In this document: one piece after another, positions 1 to 11,486 of the stretch | Layout: the number at the start of each line of letters is the position of its first letter | How positions within the stretch are numbered: the first letter of the stretch is position 1 | From: an uncultured Acidobacteriota bacterium | GTDB lineage: Bacteria > Acidobacteriota > UBA6911 | Direction of reading: 5' to 3' | NCBI GenBank assembly: GCA_963843575.1 | Contig: CAWJKZ010000010.1 | Location: 1 to 64,000, forward strand | Length of the DNA stretch: 64,000 bases | Notes under the pieces: generated by a model | What the model saw: only the letters and a program-made list of their open reading frames with translations | What the model was told of the DNA's origin: nothing | The model's database searches: none | Made by a program: the position numbers and the translations under genes

Positions 1-73
1 CATCTCCGCGAACGCCGTTTTCTCGGGAACTTGAATCCAGGTCACTTGTCCGGATAGCGACAATTCCAAGGTA

Positions 74-2555
74 TCAAAGCTTCTCCCGGCACACACGGAA
101 GCCAACGTCGGAGTTCCTGTAGCCAGGAACGTACCCGTTGCGGTCGGATACGCGGGCGCCCCGCGAATCGTCGGCCCAGGACCCGAATCGCAGCACTCTA
201 GACTGTCCCGAAGCAGGGCCCTTTGGGTCCGCAGCAGGGGAACTACCATAATACCTTTCGCCAAACCAGTCCGAGCACCACTCCCGGACATTTCCCAGCA
301 TGTCGAAAAGACCATACCTGTTCGGTTGCTTCTGACCCACCTGATGCGTCTTCTCGGCACCTGAGTTAGAGTCGAACCACGCGATTGCGTCAAGGTTGCC
401 GTAATAGGGCCCGGCTGTGTCCCCCCGAGCCGCATATTCCCACTCCGCTTCCGTCGGCAAGCGGTAGCGATATGGGTCATTGAGAGCGTTCAGCTTGACA
501 ATAAACGCCTGCGCGTCGTTCCAGCTGACTTCCTCCACCGGGAGCCGATCATCGCCTTTGTAATAGCTGGGATTATTCCCCATCACCCTGACCCACTGCC
601 CCTGTGTCACTTCATATTTCCCTAATTCAAAGCCTCGGGAAATCGTCACTTCATGGCATGGGTTCTCCCAATCGTTACATTGGCTGTCGCCTGGCGAGCA
701 CCCCATCATGAATTTCCCGGCGGAAATTGCGACAAACTCGATTTCGATCGATTTGAGGGCAGGCTTCACCTCCAGTGCGGCCCGCGCATTTTCAATCTCC
801 CGATCGACCTGTTTGCGCAACGGCAAGGGCATCGGGATCGTTCGGTGCGAGTTTCAGGATGTTGGCGAGCTTTGCTCCAGCGCTCTTCCAGTCGCGACCG
901 TTCATGGAATCGCGCGCCTGTTTCTTGAGAACGGAGATTTCCGCTGCTTTTCGATCGGCCTCGACTGCTGCCGATATCTGTTTTTGCCAGGCTGCCGCAT
1001 CCGGGTCACTGGGGTCGATCTTCAACAATTCCTCAATACTTTGGCCGGCGGCGTCCCAATTGCGAGCGTCCAAATAGTTTCGTATCTGGTTCTTTTGCCT
1101 GGCGATCTCATCCTGATTCACGGGTGGCTGTGGGCCTGGCGTGATCTCCCCTCCGTTGCGTGTGCCAATCGACCAGATAACAAACACAATCATTGCTACC
1201 GCGAGAAGTCCGATCACTGCCCAGCGGCCATAGTTTGGTTTTGCCACAGCCCGGATCATGTTTGGGTCTTGGGCATGCCTGCTGCGCTCCTCGGCCGCAG
1301 CCTTCTCATCGCGGCAACGCGCCAGCGCGGCCTCCGTCTCGGTATTCGTGGGATCCAGGCTCAGGGCCTCCAGCAATTTCGTTTCTGCCTCAACAAATGC
1401 ACCGCGATGGAGAAGGTCGAGAGCAGCAGCCAGTCCCGCCGCTGCGCGCTTTCTTTCCTCCTCGCCGCGCCGCGCGTCCTCCTGCTTCCGCCGCTCTTCT
1501 TCCCTGCGCTGCTCTTCCGCGCGCCGGCGTGCTTCTTCAGCATTACGCCGTAGCTCGGCGCGTAGGTGTTCCTCCTCGGCCCTGCGCAATTCCGCGGCAT
1601 GCCGCTCTTCTTCCCTATGCCGTGCCGCCGCGGTCCCGTCGATCTCTTCGCGCAGCGCGCGCACGGACGCGAAACGGCGCTCCGGCTTCTTCTCCAGGCA
1701 CTTAAGCACGATCGCGCTCAGTTCGGGCGAGACGCCCACTGGAGGGTCGGGCACAATTTGGCGGATCTGATAAGTGATGTCTCCCGAACGGAACGGCGGC
1801 TGGCCGGTCAGCATCTCGTAGAGCACGATGCCGAGGGAATAGATATCGCTCGCGTCGTTGCTCTTGCCGATCAGCTGCTCGGGCGACGCATAAAGGAGCG
1901 TCCCGGAATCGACCTGCGAGGTCAGCCGCGAGACCGAGTCACGGCACTCGCGCGCGATGCCAAAATCGGCGATCTTGACCGCGCCGCTTTTCCCGAGCAA
2001 CATGTTCGCCGGCTTGATGTCGCGGTGGATTACGTTTTGCTCGTGCGCGTGCTCCAGCCCCTTGCAGGCTTCGACGGCGATCCGCCGTGTTTCCTCTTCA
2101 GTGAGCTTCCCCTGTTCGGCGATTCGGCCGGCCAGCGTCCCCCCTTCGACATATTCCATGACGAGGAACTTGAACATCTCGCCGTCTTCGAAGTTGTGCA
2201 CCCGCACCACGTTGGGATGCGACAGCCTCATCGAGTGTCTAGCTTCGGCGATCAGCCGCTTCACGGCGCCGGGATCGCGGCTCAGGACTTCGCGCAGCAC
2301 CTTGATGGCGACGTGCATCTCGAGTTTCTGGTCCTCCGCTAGGTAGACGCGCCCCATGCCACCCATCCCCAACATTCCCAAGATGCAGTAGCGGTTGGCG
2401 AGCACCGTTCCCACGCGCAGCCCGAGCTCAGTAGAGGTGCTATCTAATGGATCGCTTTGTTTACCACCGGGCGTAGCGGGAGTGATCGTGGCACCACAGC
2501 CAAAGCAAAAACGGGACCCGTCGGCATTCGCTGCTCCGCATTGGTTGCAGAACAT
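74..2555 (-). CDS. Zn-ribbon + Ser/Thr protein kinase + TM + TPR-like + C-terminal FGE-sulfatase (CLec-fold) protein; one frameshift near 825
   Basis: ORF 792..2555 has CxxC..CxxC, GMGGMGRVY, VAIK, HRDIKPAN and DFG. ORF 74..832 has YEVTQGQW, RLPTEAEWEYAARG, DMLGNVREW and GFRVCR. The two join at DPDALA/LRKQVDRE across a 1-nt shift. Confidence 0.85.
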
Positions 2556-2789
2556 CCAGCCTCCTCTGTGATGCCGGCCTTTGTCCGGCTATATATCATG
2601 CTACCAAGATCGCGATCTTTGTTATAGAGCGATAGGTGTTTCCGCTGCCCCACGGCGTAGGATTTCGAACCTCTCCGAGACGGCCGGCCGACCAAGTGCC
2701 GCGGTATTGAAAATTCGATGAGGCAACAACCCCTTCAAAAGTAAGAAATTTCATGAACGTCCATCAGACGGCGTGGATGATGTTGAGTC

Positions 2790-2837
2790 CCTGTTCTGAA
2801 TCGTGTTCTGAATCCTGTTTCAAATCGTGTTCTCAGT
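2790..2837. repeat. Four 12-bp imperfect tandem repeats
   Basis: cctgttctgaat / cgtgttctgaat / cctgtttcaaat / cgtgttctcagt. Confidence 0.8.
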
Positions 2838-2886
2838 GTGGGTCACTTTATCCGAGCACAAGTGGGTCACTTTTCGTTAGCGCCGA
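2838..2886. mobile_element. Isolated IS21-family-like terminal repeat remnant
   Basis: gtgggtcacttt occurs twice with 24-bp period (2838, 2862), followed by tcgttagcgccga. This resembles IS21 ends, but the terminal CA is missing and there is no istAB. Confidence 0.55.
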
Positions 2887-2944
2887 GGCCGACCGAGTGG
2901 CGCAAAGTGCAAAATAAGAGCACGTCGTTCAGTACCTCGCGGCC

Positions 2945-3505
2945 ATGTGCCCGCCTCGGGACCTTACCTCCATCCTGCAACTGCACCTGCTCCTCATTGC
3001 ACCGAGCCCGTTTCACCATGGCGGGGACACGTCCGCACTGGAAGCCATACTGCAATGCGGAGTTTGCTGGCAGGAGACCGACTCCGAGAAGCTGGCCCGA
3101 CTCCGTCGGTCCCTAATGAAAATCAGCGACTACGATTTCAGGACCGTGATGCGTCTCCTGGGAAAGCCCGAGATCTGCGATCGCGGCACTCTCGAAGAGC
3201 TGACACGGGCAAAACCCATACGAGAGCGCATGCTCGCGCTCCAGGTCATCAAGCCTCAGGTGAGCGAGGCCGAGAAGCGCAGGGCCGCCCAACAGAGCTT
3301 GAGTTGGCGATACGATCGCGAGAAGCTGTATCAGGAGGTGTGGTCCGAGCCGGTGTTGCGGGTCGCCGCGTCATACGGCGTCTCCGGCGTCAGGATCGGG
3401 AAGGTCTGCCGGATCCTGAACATTCCAACTCCACCGCGGGGTTACTGGGCCCGCCTCAGGAGCGGGCAGAAGATGCGACGGCCACCGTTGCCGATATTGA
3501 AATGA
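2945..3505 (+). CDS. Hypothetical protein with C-terminal REKLYQEVW...IPTPPRGYWAR HTH-like motif, often seen in mobile elements
   Basis: 186-aa ORF with the recognisable C-terminal motif; N-terminus possibly truncated. Confidence 0.6.
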   Translation: MCPPRDLTSILQLHLLLIAPSPFHHGGDTSALEAILQCGVCWQETDSEKLARLRRSLMKISDYDFRTVMRLLGKPEICDRGTLEELTRAKPIRERMLALQVIKPQVSEAEKRRAAQQSLSWRYDREKLYQEVWSEPVLRVAASYGVSGVRIGKVCRILNIPTPPRGYWARLRSGQKMRRPPLPILK

Positions 3506-3703
3506 CTGGTAGCATGATACGGAGATGTGCTGAATCGGCAGCCCGGCCCAGTGCCGAGGCTCACACAGAACGATCCCATGCCGGAGGCGAAGCGTGGGCT
3601 TGTGTAGTCCGCGTCGAGGTCAGGCTTAAATCAGGGCGCGCAGAAACCCCTGAGTCGAGACGCCTACATGACAGGAAAAGTACGGACACAACCGATTGCG
3701 GCT

Positions 3704-3770
3704 GCTACCTATGCGCTACCTATTCGTCTTTTGCCGTTTTGGATTTGTCCCGTAAGTGCTTTGTTTTGTT
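3704..3770. other. att-like junction next to the tRNA 3' end
   Basis: Direct repeat gctacctat (3704-3712, 3715-3723) and AT-rich taagtgctttgtttt abutting the tRNA CCA. Confidence 0.45.
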
Positions 3771-3846
<76 letters not shown>

Positions 3847-3999
3847 ACTCTAGATAAGGCGCCGGAACGGGAACCGAAACCCGAAGGAGTCTCTGCCCCC
3901 ACCCCAAAAAAGAGAAGCAGATTATACGGCCGCCGCAGGCCAAACTCAATCCCTAGTTCGGCACCGGTGCGGCGGCGCGCCGGAGTGTCGCACTCAGCC

Positions 4000-4837
4000 T
4001 CAATCCAGGTACTTGACGAATACGACCTCGTTGTGTTTCTCGTTGTAGAGCAGCTCGTCGACCATGGTGCGGGCCATCAGGATGCCGAAGCCGCCCGGGC
4101 GCAGCCCCTTCTGCTCGCGCACCGCGATGTGTCGCAACGGGTCGTCCGCCGCGTGGAACACGGCGGCGTGCTCCAGCGTGTCGAAGCTGAAGCCGGGGCC
4201 CGGATCCGCGATCCGGTACATGAGCATGCGCCGCGCCCGCACGTACGAGATCCTCACCTTCCGGCTCGGGTCGAGCTTGCCGCCCCACTCGATGGCGTTC
4301 AGCAGCAGCTCGCGGAACACGCGCCCGACGGCGTCGCGCACGTCCTCGGGCAAGTCCAGTTCGAGGTGCGCCATGAACCCCTGGATGCGCTCCGCTGTCG
4401 CCAGCTCGCACGGGACCACCAACTCGACCCAGGTCGGGCGGGCGGACACGACCTCGATCGCCGGCAACTCGTGCGGCGCGGCCAGGGCGCTCTTGCACCA
4501 TCTCGATCAGCTGTGTCGGCGCAAACGGCTTCGGCAGGAAATCGAAGGCCTGTTCCCGGATCGCCTGCAGCATCGTCTGCGGGGCGTCGTCCGAGGTCAT
4601 GACGACCACCCTCGGGTGCATTCCGCGCTCGCGCAGCCGCGTCATCAGCTCGAGTCCGTTCAGCCGCGGCAGCCAGATATCGAGCAGGACGAGGTCGAAC
4701 GCCCCCTCCTCGAGCTTCTTGAAAGCCCGCATGCCGTCCGAGACCGCCGAAACCGACATCCCCTCCGACGCCAGCACCCGGCTGATGAGGTGACGGGTGG
4801 TCCGGTCATCCTCGACCACGAGTATCTTGCCGCCCAT
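4000..4837 (-). CDS. Response regulator (REC) fused to an RsbW-like anti-sigma-factor kinase domain; frameshift near 4490
   Basis: MGGKILVVEDD..DLVLLDIWLP..FLPKPF, then ELLLNAIEWG, IADPGPGF and GGFGILMA in the next frame. Confidence 0.85.
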
Positions 4838-4857
4838 CGGCTCCCGCCTGGTTTCCG

Positions 4858-7443
4858 TCACGGCTCCGGCCGCCCCTTCTTCCCCCGCCGCGGCGCGAAC
4901 TCGGACAGCGCCAGCTGCAAGGTCGAGACCTCCCGTTCGAGTTCGCGGAGCGCCCCGGCCGCCCCTTGCAGGTCCTGCCGGCGCACGTGTGTCTCGAGCG
5001 TGCGGGCCGCGTCCAGGCTGACGGGCGCGACGAAATTGCCAATCGCGCCCTTGATGGTGTGGACGGCCTGGTTCAGCGCGTTCGAATCGCCCGACTCCAG
5101 CGCCTTTTTCACACGCGCCAGCAGGCGGGGGCCGTCCTCGAGAAAGAGGGCGGCCAATTGCCGCAACAGCTGCGTGTCCCCGCCCAGCCGCTCGATCGTT
5201 GCCTGCGCGTCTAAAACCCGCGAGCCGTCCGCCCTCTCGGGCGCGTGCTCCGGCCCGGCTGCCGGGCCGCCGGAGGGGCCCTCCCCCGTATGCGCGCGCA
5301 CGGCGCGGACGGCCATGTCGAGCAGCTCGGACTGACGCACCGGTTTCGGCAGGCAGTCGACGATGCCCAGCTCTTTCAGGCGTGCGCAACCGGCTTGCAT
5401 GCCCGCGGGGGCGAGCATGAGCACCGGGGTCCTGGCCAGCTGCGGGTCGCGGCGGATCATGCCGGCAAGCGCGATCCCGTTGACTTCGGGCATGGCGGCG
5501 TCGATCAGGGCGAGCGCAAACGGCCTGCCGCAGCGCGCCGCGCGCTGCAGCGCCGCGAGCGCCCCGGCGGCGCCGTCCGCGGCCTCGACGCGCATGTGCC
5601 ACTGGGAAAGCATGTCGACCAGGATGCGTCGGCTCGTGGCGTTGTCGTCCACGACCAGGACGGGCACGTCCCGCAGGTCTCCCGACTTCCTGGCGACTGG
5701 CCGCCGGGCCGCGCTTTTCTGCAACTCGAACCGGGCGGTCAGGTGGAACGTGCTTCCCTGCCCCGGCTCGCTTTCGACCCAGATGCGGCCCTTCATCGCC
5801 TCCACCAGCCGCGCCGCGAGCGGCAGCCCCAGACCGCTCCCCGAACGGCGCCGCGGCTCCCGCTCGCCCGGGGCGTACGCGTCGAACACCGACTCCAGTC
5901 TCTCGGGAGGTATTCCGATGCCGACATCGATAACGGCCACGTGGAGCAGCACGTCATCTTCGGTCTCCGACTGGGATTCGACTCGCAGCAGCACTTCGCC
6001 GCGCTCGGTGAACTTGACGGCGTTGCTGATGAGAATCGCGACGACCTGGCGCAGCCGCGCCGGGTCACCCACGAGCCCGTCCGGGACGTCGGAGCCGATT
6101 TCACACGCCAGCTCCAGCCCTTTCTCGTGCGCCGACGGTGCCAGCGACTTCGCGGACGCGTCGAGCACGTCGCGCAGGCTGAACTCAACCCTCTCGAGGT
6201 CGATCCGGCCCGTTTCGATCCTCGAGAAATCCAGGATGTTGCCGGTCAGGTTCGACAGGCTGCCGGCGGCCTCTCTGACAGCATTCAGGTGGCGCACCTG
6301 TTCGCCGTCGAGCTGGGTTTGCAGCACGCGATCGGTCGACTCGCGGATACTCGCCATGGCGGACTCGATCTCGTCGCTCATGCCGGCCAGGAATTCGCTC
6401 TTCGCGCGCGCCGCCCTCTCGGCCCGCGCCCGGGCCGACTCGAGCTCGCGGACGAGCTGGGTCAACCGCCCCGCGTTTTCCGCCTCCACCTGCCGCGCCT
6501 CTTCCAGGTTGCGCGCGTACCGGTGCAGGTCCTCCTCGGCCAGCCGGCGCTCGGTGATGTCGCGGGCGGCCCCGTAAACCAGCTGCTGCTCGGGGATCGG
6601 CGCGGCCGCCCAGGCGAGCCACTTGAGCGACCCGTCGCGGCAGACGTACCGGTTTTCGAACGAGATGACGTTGGAGCCGGCCGACAGGTTGGCCGCCTGC
6701 CTCAGCGTCGGCTCCCGGTCGTCCGGGTGGACGAATTCGAGGTATGGTCTGGCCAGGAGCTCCGCGCGCGTGTATCCGAGGGTCCGCTCCCAGGCCGGGT
6801 TGATGCGCTTGAAATAGCCGTCGAAGCCGGCGATGCACAGCATGTCGAGGGACAGGTGGAAAAGCATGTCCAGTTCCTCAGCAGTCCGGGTCCGGTCGGC
6901 GATTTCCGCCTGGAGCTGCAGGAGTTCGCCGTGGCGCCGGACCTCGCTCGCCGCGTGCTGCGCCAGCGCGCGCAGCAGCGTCAACTGGTCGGGCAGGATC
7001 GGATTCCCGCCGCGGTCCAGCACGCACAGCGCCCCGACCGCCGTATTCCCGGAACCGGCCAGGGGGAAGGCCGCGAACGACCAAGCCGTGGCTCCTCCCT
7101 CGACCGGCGCGCCGGAGGGCTGCTCCAGGCCGGAACCGACGTAGAGCTCGCCCAGGTGCGCCGCCGCCGAGCAGGCTTCGACGGCCGCGGTTTCCTCGCC
7201 GGGCTGCTCCAGCCCGCAACCCACCCGCACGACCTCCCGGCCGTCAGGCGCCACCCAGAGGAGGGCGGACGAGGTGCGGCACACGCGCGCCGACAGGCCC
7301 GTCAGCTCGCACAGGGAGTCCCGGAAGGAGTCGCCCACGGCCCCTGCGCGCAAGTGAAACCCTGGGCTCCATTCGGCGGCAGCCAACGCTAACTTCCTTT
7401 TTGTGTGAGATTTGATGTCGGCATCGGGGAATCGGGACCCCAC
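4858..7443 (-). CDS. Hybrid sensor kinase-like protein (GAF-PAS-HisKA-HATPase-REC-HPt) with degenerate H-box; start uncertain
   Basis: PAS (FVHPDD), N box (ISNAVKFT), G boxes, REC (VVDDN, LIDAAMP) and HPt (HTIKGA); the H-box reads MSDEI. Confidence 0.9.
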   Translation of the reverse strand: MGSRFPDADIKSHTKRKLALAAAEWSPGFHLRAGAVGDSFRDSLCELTGLSARVCRTSSALLWVAPDGREVVRVGCGLEQPGEETAAVEACSAAAHLGELYVGSGLEQPSGAPVEGGATAWSFAAFPLAGSGNTAVGALCVLDRGGNPILPDQLTLLRALAQHAASEVRRHGELLQLQAEIADRTRTAEELDMLFHLSLDMLCIAGFDGYFKRINPAWERTLGYTRAELLARPYLEFVHPDDREPTLRQAANLSAGSNVISFENRYVCRDGSLKWLAWAAAPIPEQQLVYGAARDITERRLAEEDLHRYARNLEEARQVEAENAGRLTQLVRELESARARAERAARAKSEFLAGMSDEIESAMASIRESTDRVLQTQLDGEQVRHLNAVREAAGSLSNLTGNILDFSRIETGRIDLERVEFSLRDVLDASAKSLAPSAHEKGLELACEIGSDVPDGLVGDPARLRQVVAILISNAVKFTERGEVLLRVESQSETEDDVLLHVAVIDVGIGIPPERLESVFDAYAPGEREPRRRSGSGLGLPLAARLVEAMKGRIWVESEPGQGSTFHLTARFELQKSAARRPVARKSGDLRDVPVLVVDDNATSRRILVDMLSQWHMRVEAADGAAGALAALQRAARCGRPFALALIDAAMPEVNGIALAGMIRRDPQLARTPVLMLAPAGMQAGCARLKELGIVDCLPKPVRQSELLDMAVRAVRAHTGEGPSGGPAAGPEHAPERADGSRVLDAQATIERLGGDTQLLRQLAALFLEDGPRLLARVKKALESGDSNALNQAVHTIKGAIGNFVAPVSLDAARTLETHVRRQDLQGAAGALRELEREVSTLQLALSEFAPRRGKKGRPEP

Positions 7444-7506
7444 CCTGATGCAGCCTACCTTGCGGCCGTGCCGGTGTCAATACGGCGGCAGGGAGCTCGC
7501 AATGCC

Positions 7507-7618
7507 GAGTGCGGCGGATCGACGCCGGTTTGGCGGCATTCACTAGGGTGGCGGCGAGGCGAAGGGGATTATGATCCTCCTTTGAGCGGAAAGCGGCGCC
7601 GAGGCGCCGCACTCCAAA
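7507..7618. repeat. REP doublet (GGAGTGCGGCG family)
   Basis: gagtgcggcggatcgacgccgg ... aaagcggcgccgaggcgccgcactccaaa. Confidence 0.75.
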
Positions 7619-8828
7619 TCAGATGATGTGGAGTTCGCGGCCGATCTGGAGAAATTTCGCGATGCCGAAATCGAGGTCCTTCGGGCCGTGGGTGGCGGAG
7701 ATCATGACCCGGATGCGCGCCTTACCCAGCGGCACGGTCGGGAACCCGATCCCCATCGCGAACACGTCCTCTTCGAACAGCCGCCGGCTGAACTGCTGCG
7801 CCGTCCGCGCCTCGCCAAGCATTACGGGCGTGATGGGGGTTTCGCTCCTGCCGGTGTCGAAGCCGGCGTCGCGCATCTTCTCCTTGAAGTAGCGCGTGTT
7901 GTCCCACAGTTTGCGCACCAGCTCGTCGGACTCCTGGAGGATGTCGACCGCCGCGCTACAGGCGGCCACGTCCGCCGGGGTGAGCGCGCTCGAGAAGAGG
8001 AAGGGCCGCCCTTTCTGGCGCAGGTGATCCACGATCAGCCGCTTTCCGGCGACAAACCCGCCGACGACGCCGAAGGCCTTCGACAGGGTCCCGATCTCGA
8101 CGTCGACTCGGCCGTGCACGTGGAAGTGATCCACGGCGCCGCGGCCGTGCGAACCCAGCACGCCCTCGCCGTGGGCGTCATCGACCATGACCATCGCGTT
8201 GAAGCGCTCGGCCAGCTCCACCAGGCGCGGCAGCGGCGCGATGTCGCCGTCCATCGAAAAAACGCCGTCGCTGATGATCAGGGCTCGGCGGCCGTTGCCC
8301 GGGGGGTAGTGCTCGGCGAGCTTTCGCTCGAGCGAGGCCGGGTTGCAGTGTTCGTAGCGGATGATCGGTGCGCCCTGACAGGCGGCAGCCGTCGATGATC
8401 GACGCGTGATTGAGCTCGTCGGAGAAAATCACGTCGTCCTTGCCGACCAGTGCCGGGATGGTGGCGATGTTCGAGCTGAAGCCCGACTGAAACGAGATCG
8501 TCGCCTCGACCCCCTTGAACTGAGCCAGCTTCTGCTCGAGCTCCGTGTGCAGCGACGTCGTGCCCGCAATCGTGCGCACCGCCGCGGGGCCGACCCCGAA
8601 CTCTTCGATCGCCTTGCACGCCGCCGCCTTGAGGCGCGGGGCATTGGCGAATCCCAGGTAGTTGTTCGAGCAGAGGTTCAAGACCTTCTTGCCGTCCACC
8701 GTGATCCAGGCTCCCTGGGGCGACTGAATCGTGCGCGGTTCCACCAGCAGGCCCTCGCGCTCGAGACGCGCCCGCTCGTCGGCGATGAACTGGAGTTTGT
8801 CGTGTGCGGAAGTGGAGTGGTCGGGCAT
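7619..8828 (-). CDS. kbl: Glycine C-acetyltransferase / AONS-family PLP enzyme; frameshift near 8373
   Basis: [27 protein letters not shown] and GTLSKAFG; an extra G splits the gene. Confidence 0.85.
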
Positions 8829-8921
8829 CGATGCACCTCGCTGTTGGCTAAAGCCGGAAGGTGCATCTTAGCACGGCTGCCGCCGCAAAATTCACCACGA
8901 TGGCTCAAACGTTCGGAGTTG

Positions 8922-9224
8922 CTACCACCCCTTGTAGGTGGGCAGCCAGTTCCGACTCAGGAAGTCCGTCAGGGTGAGTCCGATGAGAATCGCGAGCCAC
9001 AGCATTCCGCCGAGAATGACCAGCGGGATGATCTTCTTGCTGTAGCGCACGTGCATGAAGAACATGACCACCAGCGTCGCTTTCACCGCCGCGATCACGA
9101 GGGCCGCCACCGTGTTGAACGGGCCCAGGTCGATGAGGGCAACCGCGACCGTCGTGGCGGTCAGAAGCATCAGGAGGCCGAAGACCACATAGTACGTCTT
9201 GCGCGGTATGACGTGTTCGCTCAT
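8922..9224 (-). CDS. coxD: Cytochrome c oxidase subunit IV
   Basis: [22 protein letters not shown], three TM segments, ATGA overlap with subunit III. Confidence 0.9.
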   Translation of the reverse strand: MSEHVIPRKTYYVVFGLLMLLTATTVAVALIDLGPFNTVAALVIAAVKATLVVMFFMHVRYSKKIIPLVILGGMLWLAILIGLTLTDFLSRNWLPTYKGW

Positions 9225-9868
9225 TTGTGCCGGTCGATCAGATAGAGGAGCGGGAATAGGAAAATCCACACGATGTCGACGAAGTGCCAGTAGAGCCCGG
9301 TGATCTCGACCGGGGAGTTGTACGCCGAGGTGAACCTCCGGCGCGCCGCCATGCCGACCAGCACCGCCAGAAGCCCGAGCCCCACGATCATGTGGAGCGC
9401 GTGCATGCCCGTCATGACGAAGTAGAAGATGAAGAAGAGCTGCGCCTGTCCCCGGTCGGCCCCCGTGAATTCGAAGGAGGGGCCCGGGACCAGGTGGTGC
9501 TCGAACTTGTGGGCGTACTCGATGAACTTTATGCCGAGAAAACCCGTCCCGAGGACCATGGTGGCGATCAAGCAGACGATCAGGGCCTTGCGGGCGCCAT
9601 TCTGCGCGAAGTAGACAGCGAGCGCCATCGTGAGGCTGCTCCCGATCAGGACCACGGTGTTGACGGCGCCGTGCGGCAGGTCCACTTCGTGGCTCGCGGC
9701 GGCGAAGGCGGCCGGGTAGCGCCAACGGTAGACGGTGTACCCCACAAACAACCCCCCGAAGAACATGATTTCGGTGACCAGGAAAACCCACATCCCCAGG
9801 GTCGCAGCGTTGCGCTGCTGCTCGAGGTCATCGAAGTGGTGCTGCAGTCCCACCGCGTGCTCAGACAA
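9221..9868 (-). CDS. coxC: Cytochrome c oxidase subunit III
   Basis: [28 protein letters not shown]. Confidence 0.95.
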   Translation of the reverse strand: MSEHAVGLQHHFDDLEQQRNAATLGMWVFLVTEIMFFGGLFVGYTVYRWRYPAAFAAASHEVDLPHGAVNTVVLIGSSLTMALAVYFAQNGARKALIVCLIATMVLGTGFLGIKFIEYAHKFEHHLVPGPSFEFTGADRGQAQLFFIFYFVMTGMHALHMIVGLGLLAVLVGMAARRRFTSAYNSPVEITGLYWHFVDIVWIFLFPLLYLIDRHK

Positions 9869-11486
9869 TCTGGACCTCCTGGTCCGAATAGTTGTAGGCC
9901 TCCTCTGTGACGACGGGGACCTCCTCGAAGTTCTGCGTGATCGGCGGCGACTCCGTCTGCCACTCGAGGCCGGTCGCCCCCCACGGGTTTGCCGGGGCGC
10001 GCGGGCCGTAGCGCAGGGACCAGACGAAGTAGATCATCGGGATCAGGTAGCCCACGGCCAGGATCGAAGCCCCGGCCGAAGACATGATGTTGAGGACCTG
10101 GAATTCCGGCGGGTAGGCGTAATAGCGCCTCGGCATGCCCATGTAGCCGAGCAGGAACTGCGGGAAAAAGGTCAGGTTGAACCCGAGAAAAACGATGAGC
10201 GCCGACAGGCGGGCCCACGCCTCGGGATACATCCTGCCGGTCATCTTGGGCCACCAGAAGTGCAGGCCGCCCATGTACGCCATCACCATTCCGCCCACCA
10301 TGATGTAGTGGAAATGCGCGACGACGAAGTAGGTGTCGGTGACGTGGACGTTGACCGCGAGCGAGGCGAGAAACAGCCCGGTCAGCCCACCCATGGTGAA
10401 CAGGCCGATGAACCCGAACGCGTACAGCATGGGGGTCTGGTAGACGATCGACCCCTTGTACATCGTGGCGGTCCAGTTGAAGACCTTGACCGCCGACGGG
10501 ATCGCGACCAGGAAGCTCAGAATCGAGAACACCATCCCGGCATAGATGGACTGGCCGCTCACGAACATGTGGTGTCCCCAGACCAGGAACCCCAGAACCG
10601 CGATCGCCAGGCTGGAGAACGCCACGAAACTGTACCCGAACACCCGCTTCCGGGAGAAACAGGCGACCAGCTCGCTCACGACGCCCATGCCCGGGAGGAT
10701 CATGATGTAGACCGCCGGGTGGGAGTAGAACCAGAACATGTGCTGGAACAGGATCGGGTCGCCCCCCAGGGCGGGGTCGAAGATGCCGACGCGAAAGATC
10801 CGCTCGAGCGCGACGAGCACGATCGTGATGGCCAAGACTGGGGTGCCCAGCACGACGATGATGCTGGTGGCATAGGCCGCCCAGATGAACAGCGGCAGCC
10901 GGAACCAGGTCATGCCCGGGGCCCGCATGGTGTGGATCGTGACGATGAAGTTCAACCCCGTCAGGATCGACGAGAAGCCGGCGACGAAGACCCCGAGGCC
11001 CATCACGACTACGTGCGAGTTGGAATAAGTGCTGCTGTAAGGGGTGTAGAACGTCCAGCCGGTATCGACCCCGCCCGAGAGCGCGGCTGAAATGCCGAGC
11101 AGGCCCCCGATCACGTAGAGGTACCAGCTGAGCAGATTCAGGCGCGGAAAGGCCAGGTCGCGCGCCCCGATCATGATCGGGACGAGGAAATTACCCAGGG
11201 TGGCCGGGACCGAGGGTATGAGGAAGAAGAACACCATGATGAGGCCGTGCATGGTGAAGAGCCGGTTGTACGTCTCGGCCATGACAAAATCGCCCTTGGG
11301 CGTCAGCAACTCGAGCCGGATCATGACGGCGAACATCCCGCCGATGAAAAAGAAGAGCGTCACGCTGATCAGGTACAGCACCGCGATCCGCTTGTGATCC
11401 GTGGTCAGGAGCCACGACTTGACGCCGTAGGCGGCGTTCAGGTAGTTGGTCCGCGGCTCGGTCCGGGTCCCCAGTGTCGTGCTCAT
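9861..11486 (-). CDS. coxA: Heme-copper oxidase subunit I, A2 type
   Basis: [14 protein letters not shown] (A2 signature), [18 protein letters not shown]. Confidence 0.97.
   Translation of the reverse strand: MSTTLGTRTEPRTNYLNAAYGVKSWLLTTDHKRIAVLYLISVTLFFFIGGMFAVMIRLELLTPKGDFVMAETYNRLFTMHGLIMVFFFLIPSVPATLGNFLVPIMIGARDLAFPRLNLLSWYLYVIGGLLGISAALSGGVDTGWTFYTPYSSTYSNSHVVVMGLGVFVAGFSSILTGLNFIVTIHTMRAPGMTWFRLPLFIWAAYATSIIVVLGTPVLAITIVLVALERIFRVGIFDPALGGDPILFQHMFWFYSHPAVYIMILPGMGVVSELVACFSRKRVFGYSFVAFSSLAIAVLGFLVWGHHMFVSGQSIYAGMVFSILSFLVAIPSAVKVFNWTATMYKGSIVYQTPMLYAFGFIGLFTMGGLTGLFLASLAVNVHVTDTYFVVAHFHYIMVGGMVMAYMGGLHFWWPKMTGRMYPEAWARLSALIVFLGFNLTFFPQFLLGYMGMPRRYYAYPPEFQVLNIMSSAGASILAVGYLIPMIYFVWSLRYGPRAPANPWGATGLEWQTESPPITQNFEEVPVVTEEAYNYSDQEVQIV

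Noticed and set aside
2645-2672. tRNA-like T-arm fragment (ggttcgaaatcc on the minus strand) as an att site
   Set aside because: It is too short and does not match the tRNA-Lys 3' end.
2790-2886. Short repeats as a CRISPR array
   Set aside because: The units are 12 bp with no proper spacers, and there are no cas genes.
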